A stretch of 64,000 bases of DNA from the human T2T-CHM13v2.0 reference genome, Homo sapiens. How positions within the stretch are numbered: the stretch's first letter is position 1; every line of letters begins with the position of its first letter. Where the stretch lies: the NCBI RefSeq assembly GCF_009914755.1, contig NC_060937.1; one strand, given 5' to 3'. Positions 23,088 through 37,535 of the stretch are shown here, piece after piece. The notes beneath the pieces are model-generated. The model was not told where the DNA came from. It saw only the letters and a program-made list of their open reading frames with translations, and did not search any database. The translations under genes and the position numbers were made by a program.

Positions 23088-26000
23088 TCAAAGCGCTCCA
23101 AATGTCCACATCCAGATACTCCAGAAAGAGTGTTTCAAACCTGCTCTATGAAAGGGAATCTTCAACTCTATGAGTTGAATGCAGACATCAGAAAGAAATT
23201 TCTGAGAATGCTGCTGTCTACCTTTTATTTGAATTCCCGCTTCCAACGAAATCCTCCAAGCTATCCAAATATCCACTTGCAGATTCCACAAAAAGAGTGT
23301 TTCAAAACTGCTCTCTATCAATGGCAAAGTTCAACTCTGTTAGTTGAGGACACATATCACCAACAAGTTTCTGAGAATGCTTCTGTCTATTTTTTATGGG
23401 AAGATATTTCCTTTTTCACCGTAGGCGTCAAGGCGATCGAAATGTCCACTTCCACAAACTACAAAAAGAGTGTTTCAAACCTGCTCTATGAAAGGCCATG
23501 TTCATCTCTATGAGTCGAATGGAAATATCCGAAAGAAATTTCTGGGAATGCTGCTGTCTAGTTTTTATACGAATTCCCGCTTCCAACGAAATCCTCAAAG
23601 CAATCCAAATATCCACTTGCAGAATCCACAAAAAGAGTGTTTCAAAACTGCTCTATCAATAGAAAGGTTCAACTCTTTTAGTTGAGTACACACATCACAA
23701 ACAAGTTTCTGAGAATGCTTCTGTCTGGCTTTTATTGGAAGACGTTTCCTTTTCACCAAAGGCATCAAAGCGCTCCAAATGTCCACTTCCAGATTCTTCC
23801 AAAAGAGTGTTTGAAACGTGCTCAAAGTAAGGGAATGTTCAACTCTGTGACTTGAATGCAGATATCACCAAGTAGTTTCTAATAGTGCTTCTGTCTAGAT
23901 TTTAGATGATGATATTCCCGTTTCCAACGAAATCGTTAGAGCTATCCAAATATCCACTTACAGTTGCTACAAAAACAGTGTTTCCAAACTGCTGCATCAA
24001 AAGAAAGGTTCAACTCTGTTAGTTGAGGACACACGTCACAAAGAAGTTTGTGAGAATGCTTCTGTCTAAATTTTGTATGACGATATTCCCTTTTCCAACG
24101 ATATCGTTAAAGCAATCTAAATATCCATTTGCAGAATCCACAAAAATAGAGTTTCAAAGCTGCTCTGTAAAAAGAAAGGTTCCACTCTGTTAGCTGAGTA
24201 CACACATCACAAACTTGTTTCTGAGAATCCTTCTGTCTCGTTTTTCTGGGAAGATATTTACTTTTTCACCGTAGGCATCAAAGCGCTCCAAATGTCCACA
24301 TCCAGATACTCCAGAAAGAGTGTTTCAAACCTGCTCTATGAAAGGGAATCTTCAACTCTATGAGTTGAATGCAGACATCAGAAAGAAATTTCTGAGAATG
24401 CTGCTGTCTACCTTTTATTTGAATTCCCGCTTCCAACGAAATCCTCCAAGCTATCCAAATATCCACTTGCAGATTCCACAAAAAGAGTGTTTCAAAACTG
24501 CTCTCTATCAATGGCAAAGTTCAACTCTGTTAGTTGAGGACACATATCACCAACAAGTTTCTGAGAATGCTTCTGTCTATTTTTTATGGGAAGATATTTC
24601 CTTTTTCACCGTAGGCGTCAAGGCGATCGAAATGTCCACTTCCACAAACTACAAAAAGAGTGTTTCAAACCTGCTCTATGAAAGGCCATGTTCATCTCTA
24701 TGAGTCGAATGGAAATATCCGAAAGAAATTTCTGGGAATGCTGCTGTCTAGTTTTTATACGAATTCCCGCTTCCAACGAAATCCTCAAAGCAATCCAAAT
24801 ATCCACTTGCAGAATCCACAAAAAGAGTGTTTCAAAACTGCTCTATCAATAGAAAGGTTCAACTCTTTTAGTTGAGTACACACATCACAAACAAGTTTCT
24901 GAGAATGCTTCTGTCTGGCTTTTATTGGAAGACGTTTCCTTTTCACCAAAGGCATCAAAGCGCTCCAAATGTCCACTTCCAGATTCTTCCAAAAGAGTGT
25001 TTGAAACGTGCTCAAAGTAAGGGAATGTTCAACTCTGTGACTTGAATGCAGATATCACCAAGTAGTTTCTAATAGTGCTTCTGTCTAGATTTTAGATGAT
25101 GATATTCCCGTTTCCAACGAAATCGTTAGAGCTATCCAAATATCCACTTACAGTTGCTACAAAAACAGTGTTTCCAAACTGCTGCATCAAAAGAAAGGTT
25201 CAACTCTGTTAGTTGAGGACACACGTCACAAAGAAGTTTGTGAGAATGCTTCTGTCTAGATTTTGTATGACGATATTCCCTTTTCCAACGATATCGTTAA
25301 AGCAATCTAAATATCCATTTGCAGAATCCACAAAAATAGAGTTTCAAAGCTGCTCTGTAAAAAGAAAGGTTCCACTCTGTTAGCTGAGTACACACATCAC
25401 AAACTTGTTTCTCAGAATCCTTCTGTCTCGTTTTTCTGGGAAGATATTTACTTTTTCACCGTAGGCATCAAAGCGCTCCAAATGTCCACATCCAGATACT
25501 CCAGAAAGAGTGTTTCAAACCTGCTCTATGAAAGGGAATCTTCAACTCTATGAGTTGAATGCAGACATCAGAAAGAAATTTCTGAGAATGCTGCTGTCTA
25601 CCTTTTATTTGAATTCCCGCTTCCAACGAAATCCTCCAAGCTATCCAAATATCCACTTGCAGATTCCACAAAAAGAGTGTTTCAAAACTGCTCTCTATCA
25701 ATGGCAAAGTTCAACTCTGTTAGTTGAGGACACATATCACCAACAAGTTTCTGAGAATGCTTCTGTCTATTTTTTATGGGAAGATATTTCCTTTTTCACC
25801 GTAGGCGTCAAGGCGATCGAAATGTCCACTTCCACAAACTACAAAAAGAGTGTTTCAAACCTGCTCTATGAAAGGCCATGTTCATCTCTATGAGTCGAAT
25901 GGAAATATCCGAAAGAAATTTCTGGGAATGCTGCTGTCTAGTTTTTATACGAATTCCCGCTTCCAACGAAATCCTCAAAGCAATCCAAATATCCACTTGC

Positions 26001-27847
26001 AGAATCCACAAAAAGAGTGTTTCAAAACTGCTCTATCAATAGAAAGGTTCAACTCTTTTAGTTGAGTACACACATCACAAACAAGTTTCTGAGAATGCTT
26101 CTGTCTGGCTTTTATTGGAAGACGTTTCCTTTTCACCAAAGGCATCAAAGCGCTCCAAATGTCCACTTCCAGATTCTTCCAAAAGAGTGTTTGAAACGTG
26201 CTCAAAGTAAGGGAATGTTCAACTCTGTGACTTGAATGCAGATATCACCAAGTAGTTTCTAATAGTGCTTCTGTCTAGATTTTAGATGATGATATTCCCG
26301 TTTCCAACGAAATCGTTAGAGCTATCCAAATATCCACTTACAGTTGCTACAAAAACAGTGTTTCCAAACTGCTGCATCAAAAGAAAGGTTCAACTCTGTT
26401 AGTTGAGGTCACACGTCACAAAGAAGTTTGTGAGAATGCTTCTGTCTAGATTTTGTATGACGATATTCCCTTTTCCAACGATATCGTTAAAGCAATCTAA
26501 ATATCCATTTGCAGAATCCACAAAAATAGAGTTTCAAAGCTGCTCTGTAAAAAGAAAGGTTCCACTCTGTTAGCTGAGTACACACATCACAAACTTGTTT
26601 CTCAGAATCCTTCTGTCTCGTTTTTATGGGAAGATATTTACTTTTTCACCGTAGGCATCAAAGCGCTCCAAATGTCCACATCCAGATACTCCAGAAAGAG
26701 TGTTTCAAACCTGCTCTATGAAAGGGAATCTTCAACTCTATGAGTTGAATGCAGACATCAGAAAGAAATTTCTGAGAATGCTGCTGTCTACCTTTTATTT
26801 GAATTCCCGCTTCCAACGAAATCCTCCAAGCTATCCAAATATCCACTTGCAGATTCCACAAAAAGAGTGTTTCAAAACTGCTCTCTATCAATGGCAAAGT
26901 TCAACTCTGTTAGTTGAGGACACATATCACCAACAAGTTTCTGAGAATGCTTCTGTCTATTTTTTATGGGAAGATATTTCCTTTTTCACCGTAGGCGTCA
27001 AGGCGATCGAAATGTCCACTTCCACAAACTACAAAAAGAGTGTTTCAAACCTGCTCTATGAAAGGCCATGTTCATCTCTATGAGTCGAATGGAAATATCC
27101 GAAAGAAATTTCTGGGAATGCTGCTGTCTAGTTTTTATACGAATTCCCGCTTCCAACGAAATCCTCAAAGCAATCCAAATATCCACTTGCAGAATCCACA
27201 AAAAGAGTGTTTCAAAACTGCTCTATCAATAGAAAGGTTCAACTCTTTTAGTTGAGTACACACATCACAAACAAGTTTCTGAGAATGCTTCTGTCTGGCT
27301 TTTATTGGAAGACGTTTCCTTTTCACCAAAGGCATCAAAGCGCTCCAAATGTCCACTTCCAGATTCTTCCAAAAGAGTGTTTGAAACGTGCTCAAAGTAA
27401 GGGAATGTTCAACTCTGTGACTTGAATGCAGATATCACCAAGTAGTTTCTAATAGTGCTTCTGTCTAGATTTTAGATGATGATATTCCCGTTTCCAACGA
27501 AATCGTTAGAGCTATCCAAATATCCACTTACAGTTTCTACAAAAAGAGTGTTTCCAAACTGCTGCATCAAAAGAAAGGTTCAACTCTGTTAGTTGAGGAC
27601 ACACATCACAAAGAAGTTTGTGAGAATGCTTCTGTCTAGATTTTGTATGACCATATTCCCTTTTCCAGCGATATCATTAAAGCAATCTAAATATCCATTT
27701 GCAGAATCCACAAAAATAGAGTTTCAAAGCTGCTCTGTAAAAAGAAAGGTTCCACTCTGTTAGCTGAGTACACACATCACAAACTTGTTTCTCAGAATCC
27801 TTCTGTCTCGTTTTTATGGGAAGATATTTACTTTTTCACCGTAGGCA

Positions 27848-28527
27848 TCAAAGCGCTCCAAATGTCCACATCCAGATACTCCAGAAAGAGTGTTTCAAAC
27901 CTGCTCTATGAAAGGGAATCTTCAACTCTATGAGTTGAATGCAGACATCAGAAAGAAATTTCTGAGAATGCTGCTGTCTACCTTTTATTTGAATTCCCGC
28001 TTCCAACGAAATCCTCCAAGCTATCCAAATATCCACCTGCATTTTCCACAAAAAGAGCGTTTCAAAACTGCTCTATCAATAGAAATGTTCAACTCCTTTG
28101 GCTGGGTACACACATCACAAACAAGTTTCTGAGAATGCTTCTGTCTAGTTTTTATGGGAAGACATTCCCTTTTTCACCAAAGGCATCAAAGCGCTCCAAA
28201 TGTCCACTTCCAGACACTACAAAAAGAGTGTTTCCAACGTGCTCTAAGAAAGCGAATGTTCAACTCTGTGACTTGAATGCAGATATCACAAAGTAGTTTC
28301 TGAGAGGGCTTCTGTGTAGATTTTAGATGATGATATTCCCGTTTCCAACGAAATCATTAGAGCTATCCAAATATCCACTTACAGTTTCTACAAAAAGAGT
28401 GTTTCCAAACTGCTGCATCAAAAGAGAGGTTCCACTCTGTTAGCTGAGTACACACATCACAAACTTGTTTCTCAGAATCCTTCTGTCTCGTTTTTCTGGG
28501 AAGATATTTACTTTTTCACCGTAGGCA
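27848..28527 (-). repeat. 4-mer block, haplotype A (680 bp)
   Basis: Haplotype A markers; tgtgtag variant at 28316. Confidence 0.9.
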
Positions 28528-31500
28528 TCAAAGCGCTCCAAATGTCCACATCCAGATACTCCAGAAAGAGTGTTTCAAACCTGCTCTATGAAAGGGAATC
28601 TTCAACTCTATGAGTTGAATGCAGACATCAGAAAGAAATTTCTGAGAATGCTGCTGTCTACCTTTTATTTGAATTCCCGCTTCCAACGAAATCCTCCAAG
28701 CTATCCAAATATCCACTTGCAGATTCCACAAAAAGAGTGTTTCAAAACTGCTCTCTATCAATGGCAAAGTTCAACTCTGTTAGTTGAGGACACATATCAC
28801 CAACAAGTTTCTGAGAATGCTTCTGTCTATTTTTTATGGGAAGATATTTCCTTTTTCACCGTAGGCGTCAAGGCGATCGAAATGTCCACTTCCACAAACT
28901 ACAAAAAGAGTGTTTCAAACCTGCTCTATGAAAGGCCATGTTCATCTCTATGAGTCGAATGGAAATATCCGAAAGAAATTTCTGGGAATGCTGCTGTCTA
29001 GTTTTTATACGAATTCCCGCTTCCAACGAAATCCTCAAAGCAATCCAAATATCCACTTGCAGAATCCACAAAAAGAGTGTTTCAAAACTGCTCTATCAAT
29101 AGAAAGGTTCAACTCTTTTAGTTGAGTACACACATCACAAACAAGTTTCTGAGAATGCTTCTGTCTGGCTTTTATTGGAAGACGTTTCCTTTTCACCAAA
29201 GGCATCAAAGCGCTCCAAATGTCCACTTCCAGATTCTTCCAAAAGAGTGTTTGAAACGTGCTCAAAGTAAGGGAATGTTCAACTCTGTGACTTGAATGCA
29301 GATATCACCAAGTAGTTTCTAATAGTGCTTCTGTCTAGATTTTAGATGATGATATTCCCGTTTCCAACGAAATCGTTAGAGCTATCCAAATATCCACTTA
29401 CAGTTGCTACAAAAACAGTGTTTCCAAACTGCTGCATCAAAAGAAAGGTTCAACTCTGTTAGTTGAGGTCACACGTCACAAAGAAGTTTGTGAGAATGCT
29501 TCTGTCTAGATTTTGTATGACGATATTCCCTTTTCCAACGATATCGTTAAAGCAATCTAAATATCCATTTGCAGAATCCACAAAAATAGAGTTTCAAAGC
29601 TGCTCTGTAAAAAGAAAGGTTCCACTCTGTTAGCTGAGTACACACATCACAAACTTGTTTCTCAGAATCCTTCTGTCTCGTTTTTATGGGAAGATATTTA
29701 CTTTTTCACCGTAGGCATCAAAGCGCTCCAAATGTCCACATCCAGATACTCCAGAAAGAGTGTTTCAAACCTGCTCTATGAAAGGGAATCTTCAACTCTA
29801 TGAGTTGAATGCAGACATCAGAAAGAAATTTCTGAGAATGCTGCTGTCTACCTTTTATTTGAATTCCCGCTTCCAACGAAATCCTCCAAGCTATCCAAAT
29901 ATCCACTTGCAGATTCCACAAAAAGAGTGTTTCAAAACTGCTCTCTATCAATGGCAAAGTTCAACTCTGTTAGTTGAGGACACATATCACCAACAAGTTT
30001 CTGAGAATGCTTCTGTCTATTTTTTATGGGAAGATATTTCCTTTTTCACCGTAGGCGTCAAGGCGATCGAAATGTCCACTTCCACAAACTACAAAAAGAG
30101 TGTTTCAAACCTGCTCTATGAAAGGCCATGTTCATCTCTATGAGTCGAATGGAAATATCCGAAAGAAATTTCTGGGAATGCTGCTGTCTAGTTTTTATAC
30201 GAATTCCCGCTTCCAACGAAATCCTCAAAGCAATCCAAATATCCACTTGCAGAATCCACAAAAAGAGTGTTTCAAAACTGCTCTATCAATAGAAAGGTTC
30301 AACTCTTTTAGTTGAGTACACACATCACAAACAAGTTTCTGAGAATGCTTCTGTCTGGCTTTTATTGGAAGACGTTTCCTTTTCACCAAAGGCATCAAAG
30401 CGCTCCAAATGTCCACTTCCAGATTCTTCCAAAAGAGTGTTTGAAACGTGCTCAAAGTAAGGGAATGTTCAACTCTGTGACTTGAATGCAGATATCACCA
30501 AGTAGTTTCTAATAGTGCTTCTGTCTAGATTTTAGATGATGATATTCCCGTTTCCAACGAAATCGTTAGAGCTATCCAAATATCCACTTACAGTTGCTAC
30601 AAAAACAGTGTTTCCAAACTGCTGCATCAAAAGAAAGGTTCAACTCTGTTAGTTGAGGTCACACGTCACAAAGAAGTTTGTGAGAATGCTTCTGTCTAGA
30701 TTTTGTATGACGATATTCCCTTTTCCAACGATATCGTTAAAGCAATCTAAATATCCATTTGCAGAATCCACAAAAATAGAGTTTCAAAGCTGCTCTGTAA
30801 AAAGAAAGGTTCCACTCTGTTAGCTGAGTACACACATCACAAACTTGTTTCTCAGAATCCTTCTGTCTCGTTTTTATGGGAAGATATTTACTTTTTCACC
30901 GTAGGCATCAAAGCGCTCCAAATGTCCACATCCAGATACTCCAGAAAGAGTGTTTCAAACCTGCTCTATGAAAGGGAATCTTCAACTCTATGAGTTGAAT
31001 GCAGACATCAGAAAGAAATTTCTGAGAATGCTGCTGTCTACCTTTTATTTGAATTCCCGCTTCCAACGAAATCCTCCAAGCTATCCAAATATCCACTTGC
31101 AGATTCCACAAAAAGAGTGTTTCAAAACTGCTCTCTATCAATGGCAAAGTTCAACTCTGTTAGTTGAGGACACATATCACCAACAAGTTTCTGAGAATGC
31201 TTCTGTCTATTTTTTATGGGAAGATATTTCCTTTTTCACCGTAGGCGTCAAGGCGATCGAAATGTCCACTTCCACAAACTACAAAAAGAGTGTTTCAAAC
31301 CTGCTCTATGAAAGGCCATGTTCATCTCTATGAGTCGAATGGAAATATCCGAAAGAAATTTCTGGGAATGCTGCTGTCTAGTTTTTATACGAATTCCCGC
31401 TTCCAACGAAATCCTCAAAGCAATCCAAATATCCACTTGCAGAATCCACAAAAAGAGTGTTTCAAAACTGCTCTATCAATAGAAAGGTTCAACTCTTTTA

Positions 31501-34500
31501 GTTGAGTACACACATCACAAACAAGTTTCTGAGAATGCTTCTGTCTGGCTTTTATTGGAAGACGTTTCCTTTTCACCAAAGGCATCAAAGCGCTCCAAAT
31601 GTCCACTTCCAGATTCTTCCAAAAGAGTGTTTGAAACGTGCTCAAAGTAAGGGAATGTTCAACTCTGTGACTTGAATGCAGATATCACCAAGTAGTTTCT
31701 AATAGTGCTTCTGTCTAGATTTTAGATGATGATATTCCCGTTTCCAACGAAATCGTTAGAGCTATCCAAATATCCACTTACAGTTGCTACAAAAACAGTG
31801 TTTCCAAACTGCTGCATCAAAAGAAAGGTTCAACTCTGTTAGTTGAGGTCACACGTCACAAAGAAGTTTGTGAGAATGCTTCTGTCTAGATTTTGTATGA
31901 CGATATTCCCTTTTCCAACGATATCGTTAAAGCAATCTAAATATCCATTTGCAGAATCCACAAAAATAGAGTTTCAAAGCTGCTCTGTAAAAAGAAAGGT
32001 TCCACTCTGTTAGCTGAGTACACACATCACAAACTTGTTTCTCAGAATCCTTCTGTCTCGTTTTTATGGGAAGATATTTACTTTTTCACCGTAGGCATCA
32101 AAGCGCTCCAAATGTCCACATCCAGATACTCCAGAAAGAGTGTTTCAAACCTGCTCTATGAAAGGGAATCTTCAACTCTATGAGTTGAATGCAGACATCA
32201 GAAAGAAATTTCTGAGAATGCTGCTGTCTACCTTTTATTTGAATTCCCGCTTCCAACGAAATCCTCCAAGCTATCCAAATATCCACTTGCAGATTCCACA
32301 AAAAGAGTGTTTCAAAACTGCTCTCTATCAATGGCAAAGTTCAACTCTGTTAGTTGAGGACACATATCACCAACAAGTTTCTGAGAATGCTTCTGTCTAT
32401 TTTTTATGGGAAGATATTTCCTTTTTCACCGTAGGCGTCAAGGCGATCGAAATGTCCACTTCCACAAACTACAAAAAGAGTGTTTCAAACCTGCTCTATG
32501 AAAGGCCATGTTCATCTCTATGAGTCGAATGGAAATATCCGAAAGAAATTTCTGGGAATGCTGCTGTCTAGTTTTTATACGAATTCCCGCTTCCAACGAA
32601 ATCCTCAAAGCAATCCAAATATCCACTTGCAGAATCCACAAAAAGAGTGTTTCAAAACTGCTCTATCAATAGAAAGGTTCAACTCTTTTAGTTGAGTACA
32701 CACATCACAAACAAGTTTCTGAGAATGCTTCTGTCTGGCTTTTATTGGAAGACGTTTCCTTTTCACCAAAGGCATCAAAGCGCTCCAAATGTCCACTTCC
32801 AGATTCTTCCAAAAGAGTGTTTGAAACGTGCTCAAAGTAAGGGAATGTTCAACTCTGTGACTTGAATGCAGATATCACCAAGTAGTTTCTAATAGTGCTT
32901 CTGTCTAGATTTTAGATGATGATATTCCCGTTTCCAACGAAATCGTTAGAGCTATCCAAATATCCACTTACAGTTGCTACAAAAACAGTGTTTCCAAACT
33001 GCTGCATCAAAAGAAAGGTTCAACTCTGTTAGTTGAGGACACACGTCACAAAGAAGTTTGTGAGAATGCTTCTGTCTAGATTTTGTATGACGATATTCCC
33101 TTTTCCAACGATATCGTTAAAGCAATCTAAATATCCATTTGCAGAATCCACAAAAATAGAGTTTCAAAGCTGCTCTGTAAAAAGAAAGGTTCCACTCTGT
33201 TAGCTGAGTACACACATCACAAACTTGTTTCTCAGAATCCTTCTGTCTCGTTTTTCTGGGAAGATATTTACTTTTTCACCGTAGGCATCAAAGCGCTCCA
33301 AATGTCCACATCCAGATACTCCAGAAAGAGTGTTTCAAACCTGCTCTATGAAAGGGAATCTTCAACTCTATGAGTTGAATGCAGACATCAGAAAGAAATT
33401 TCTGAGAATGCTGCTGTCTACCTTTTATTTGAATTCCCGCTTCCAACGAAATCCTCCAAGCTATCCAAATATCCACTTGCAGATTCCACAAAAAGAGTGT
33501 TTCAAAACTGCTCTCTATCAATGGCAAAGTTCAACTCTGTTAGTTGAGGACACATATCACCAACAAGTTTCTGAGAATGCTTCTGTCTATTTTTTATGGG
33601 AAGATATTTCCTTTTTCACCGTAGGCGTCAAGGCGATCGAAATGTCCACTTCCACAAACTACAAAAAGAGTGTTTCAAACCTGCTCTATGAAAGGCCATG
33701 TTCATCTCTATGAGTCGAATGGAAATATCCGAAAGAAATTTCTGGGAATGCTGCTGTCTAGTTTTTATACGAATTCCCGCTTCCAACGAAATCCTCAAAG
33801 CAATCCAAATATCCACTTGCAGAATCCACAAAAAGAGTGTTTCAAAACTGCTCTATCAATAGAAAGGTTCAACTCTTTTAGTTGAGTACACACATCACAA
33901 ACAAGTTTCTGAGAATGCTTCTGTCTGGCTTTTATTGGAAGACGTTTCCTTTTCACCAAAGGCATCAAAGCGCTCCAAATGTCCACTTCCAGATTCTTCC
34001 AAAAGAGTGTTTGAAACGTGCTCAAAGTAAGGGAATGTTCAACTCTGTGACTTGAATGCAGATATCACCAAGTAGTTTCTAATAGTGCTTCTGTCTAGAT
34101 TTTAGATGATGATATTCCCGTTTCCAACGAAATCGTTAGAGCTATCCAAATATCCACTTACAGTTGCTACAAAAACAGTGTTTCCAAACTGCTGCATCAA
34201 AAGAAAGGTTCAACTCTGTTAGTTGAGGTCACACGTCACAAAGAAGTTTGTGAGAATGCTTCTGTCTAGATTTTGTATGACGATATTCCCTTTTCCAACG
34301 ATATCGTTAAAGCAATCTAAATATCCATTTGCAGAATCCACAAAAATAGAGTTTCAAAGCTGCTCTGTAAAAAGAAAGGTTCCACTCTGTTAGCTGAGTA
34401 CACACATCACAAACTTGTTTCTCAGAATCCTTCTGTCTCGTTTTTATGGGAAGATATTTACTTTTTCACCGTAGGCATCAAAGCGCTCCAAATGTCCACA

Positions 34501-36857
34501 TCCAGATACTCCAGAAAGAGTGTTTCAAACCTGCTCTATGAAAGGGAATCTTCAACTCTATGAGTTGAATGCAGACATCAGAAAGAAATTTCTGAGAATG
34601 CTGCTGTCTACCTTTTATTTGAATTCCCGCTTCCAACGAAATCCTCCAAGCTATCCAAATATCCACTTGCAGATTCCACAAAAAGAGTGTTTCAAAACTG
34701 CTCTCTATCAATGGCAAAGTTCAACTCTGTTAGTTGAGGACACATATCACCAACAAGTTTCTGAGAATGCTTCTGTCTATTTTTTATGGGAAGATATTTC
34801 CTTTTTCACCGTAGGCGTCAAGGCGATCGAAATGTCCACTTCCACAAACTACAAAAAGAGTGTTTCAAACCTGCTCTATGAAAGGCCATGTTCATCTCTA
34901 TGAGTCGAATGGAAATATCCGAAAGAAATTTCTGGGAATGCTGCTGTCTAGTTTTTATACGAATTCCCGCTTCCAACGAAATCCTCAAAGCAATCCAAAT
35001 ATCCACTTGCAGAATCCACAAAAAGAGTGTTTCAAAACTGCTCTATCAATAGAAAGGTTCAACTCTTTTAGTTGAGTACACACATCACAAACAAGTTTCT
35101 GAGAATGCTTCTGTCTGGCTTTTATTGGAAGACGTTTCCTTTTCACCAAAGGCATCAAAGCGCTCCAAATGTCCACTTCCAGATTCTTCCAAAAGAGTGT
35201 TTGAAACGTGCTCAAAGTAAGGGAATGTTCAACTCTGTGACTTGAATGCAGATATCACCAAGTAGTTTCTAATAGTGCTTCTGTCTAGATTTTAGATGAT
35301 GATATTCCCGTTTCCAACGAAATCGTTAGAGCTATCCAAATATCCACTTACAGTTGCTACAAAAACAGTGTTTCCAAACTGCTGCATCAAAAGAAAGGTT
35401 CAACTCTGTTAGTTGAGGTCACACGTCACAAAGAAGTTTGTGAGAATGCTTCTGTCTAGATTTTGTATGACGATATTCCCTTTTCCAACGATATCGTTAA
35501 AGCAATCTAAATATCCATTTGCAGAATCCACAAAAATAGAGTTTCAAAGCTGCTCTGTAAAAAGAAAGGTTCCACTCTGTTAGCTGAGTACACACATCAC
35601 AAACTTGTTTCTCAGAATCCTTCTGTCTCGTTTTTATGGGAAGATATTTACTTTTTCACCGTAGGCATCAAAGCGCTCCAAATGTCCACATCCAGATACT
35701 CCAGAAAGAGTGTTTCAAACCTGCTCTATGAAAGGGAATCTTCAACTCTATGAGTTGAATGCAGACATCAGAAAGAAATTTCTGAGAATGCTGCTGTCTA
35801 CCTTTTATTTGAATTCCCGCTTCCAACGAAATCCTCCAAGCTATCCAAATATCCACTTGCAGATTCCACAAAAAGAGTGTTTCAAAACTGCTCTCTATCA
35901 ATGGCAAAGTTCAACTCTGTTAGTTGAGGACACATATCACCAACAAGTTTCTGAGAATGCTTCTGTCTATTTTTTATGGGAAGATATTTCCTTTTTCACC
36001 GTAGGCGTCAAGGCGATCGAAATGTCCACTTCCACAAACTACAAAAAGAGTGTTTCAAACCTGCTCTATGAAAGGCCATGTTCATCTCTATGAGTCGAAT
36101 GGAAATATCCGAAAGAAATTTCTGGGAATGCTGCTGTCTAGTTTTTATACGAATTCCCGCTTCCAACGAAATCCTCAAAGCAATCCAAATATCCACTTGC
36201 AGAATCCACAAAAAGAGTGTTTCAAAACTGCTCTATCAATAGAAAGGTTCAACTCTTTTAGTTGAGTACACACATCACAAACAAGTTTCTGAGAATGCTT
36301 CTGTCTGGCTTTTATTGGAAGACGTTTCCTTTTCACCAAAGGCATCAAAGCGCTCCAAATGTCCACTTCCAGATTCTTCCAAAAGAGTGTTTGAAACGTG
36401 CTCAAAGTAAGGGAATGTTCAACTCTGTGACTTGAATGCAGATATCACCAAGTAGTTTCTAATAGTGCTTCTGTCTAGATTTTAGATGATGATATTCCCG
36501 TTTCCAACGAAATCGTTAGAGCTATCCAAATATCCACTTACAGTTTCTACAAAAAGAGTGTTTCCAAACTGCTGCATCAAAAGAAAGGTTCAACTCTGTT
36601 AGTTGAGGACACACATCACAAAGAAGTTTGTGAGAATGCTTCTGTCTAGATTTTGTATGACCATATTCCCTTTCCCAGCGATATCATTAAAGCAATCTAA
36701 ATATCCATTTGCAGAATCCACAAAAATAGAGTTTCAAAGCTGCTCTGTAAAAAGAAAGGTTCCACTCTGTTAGCTGAGTACACACATCACAAACTTGTTT
36801 CTGAGAATCCTTCTGTCTCGTTTTTATGGGAAGATATTTACTTTTTCACCGTAGGCA

Positions 36858-37535
36858 TCAAAGCGCTCCAAATGTCCACATCCAGATACTCCAGAAAGAG
36901 TGTTTCAAACCTGCTCTATGAAAGGGAATCTTCAACTCTATGAGTTGAATGCAGACATCAGAAAGAAATTTCTGAGAATGCTGCTGTCTACCTTTTATTT
37001 GAACTCCCGCTTCCAACGAAATCCTCCAAGCTATCCAAATATCCACTTGCATTTTCCACAAAAAGAGTGCTTCAAAACTGCTCTATCAATAAATGTTCAA
37101 CTCCTTTAGCTGGGTGCACACATCACAAACAAGTTTCTGAGAATGCTTCTGTCTAGTTTTTATGGGAAGACATTCCCTTTTTCACCAAAGGCATCAAAGC
37201 GCTCCAAATGTCCACTTCCAGACACTACAAAAAGAGTGTTTCCAACGTGCTCTAAGAAAGCGAATGTTCAACTCTGTGACTTGAATGCAGATATCACAAA
37301 GTAGTTTCTGAGAGGGCTTCTGTCTAGATTTTAGATGATGATATTCCCGTTTCCAACGAAATCATTAGAGCTATCCAAATATCCACTTACAGTTTCTACA
37401 AAAAGAGTGTTTCCAAACTGCTGCATCAAAAGAGAGGTTCCACTCTGTTAGCTGAGTACACACATCACAAACTTGTTTCTCAGAATCCTTCTGTCTCGTT
37501 TTTCTGGGAAGATATTTACTTTTTCACCGTAGGCA
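36858..37535 (-). repeat. 4-mer block, haplotype B (678 bp)
   Basis: gaactc (EcoRI lost), ccacttgcatttt, gagtgcttc, caataaatg (2-bp deletion), tttagctgggtgc. Confidence 0.9.
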
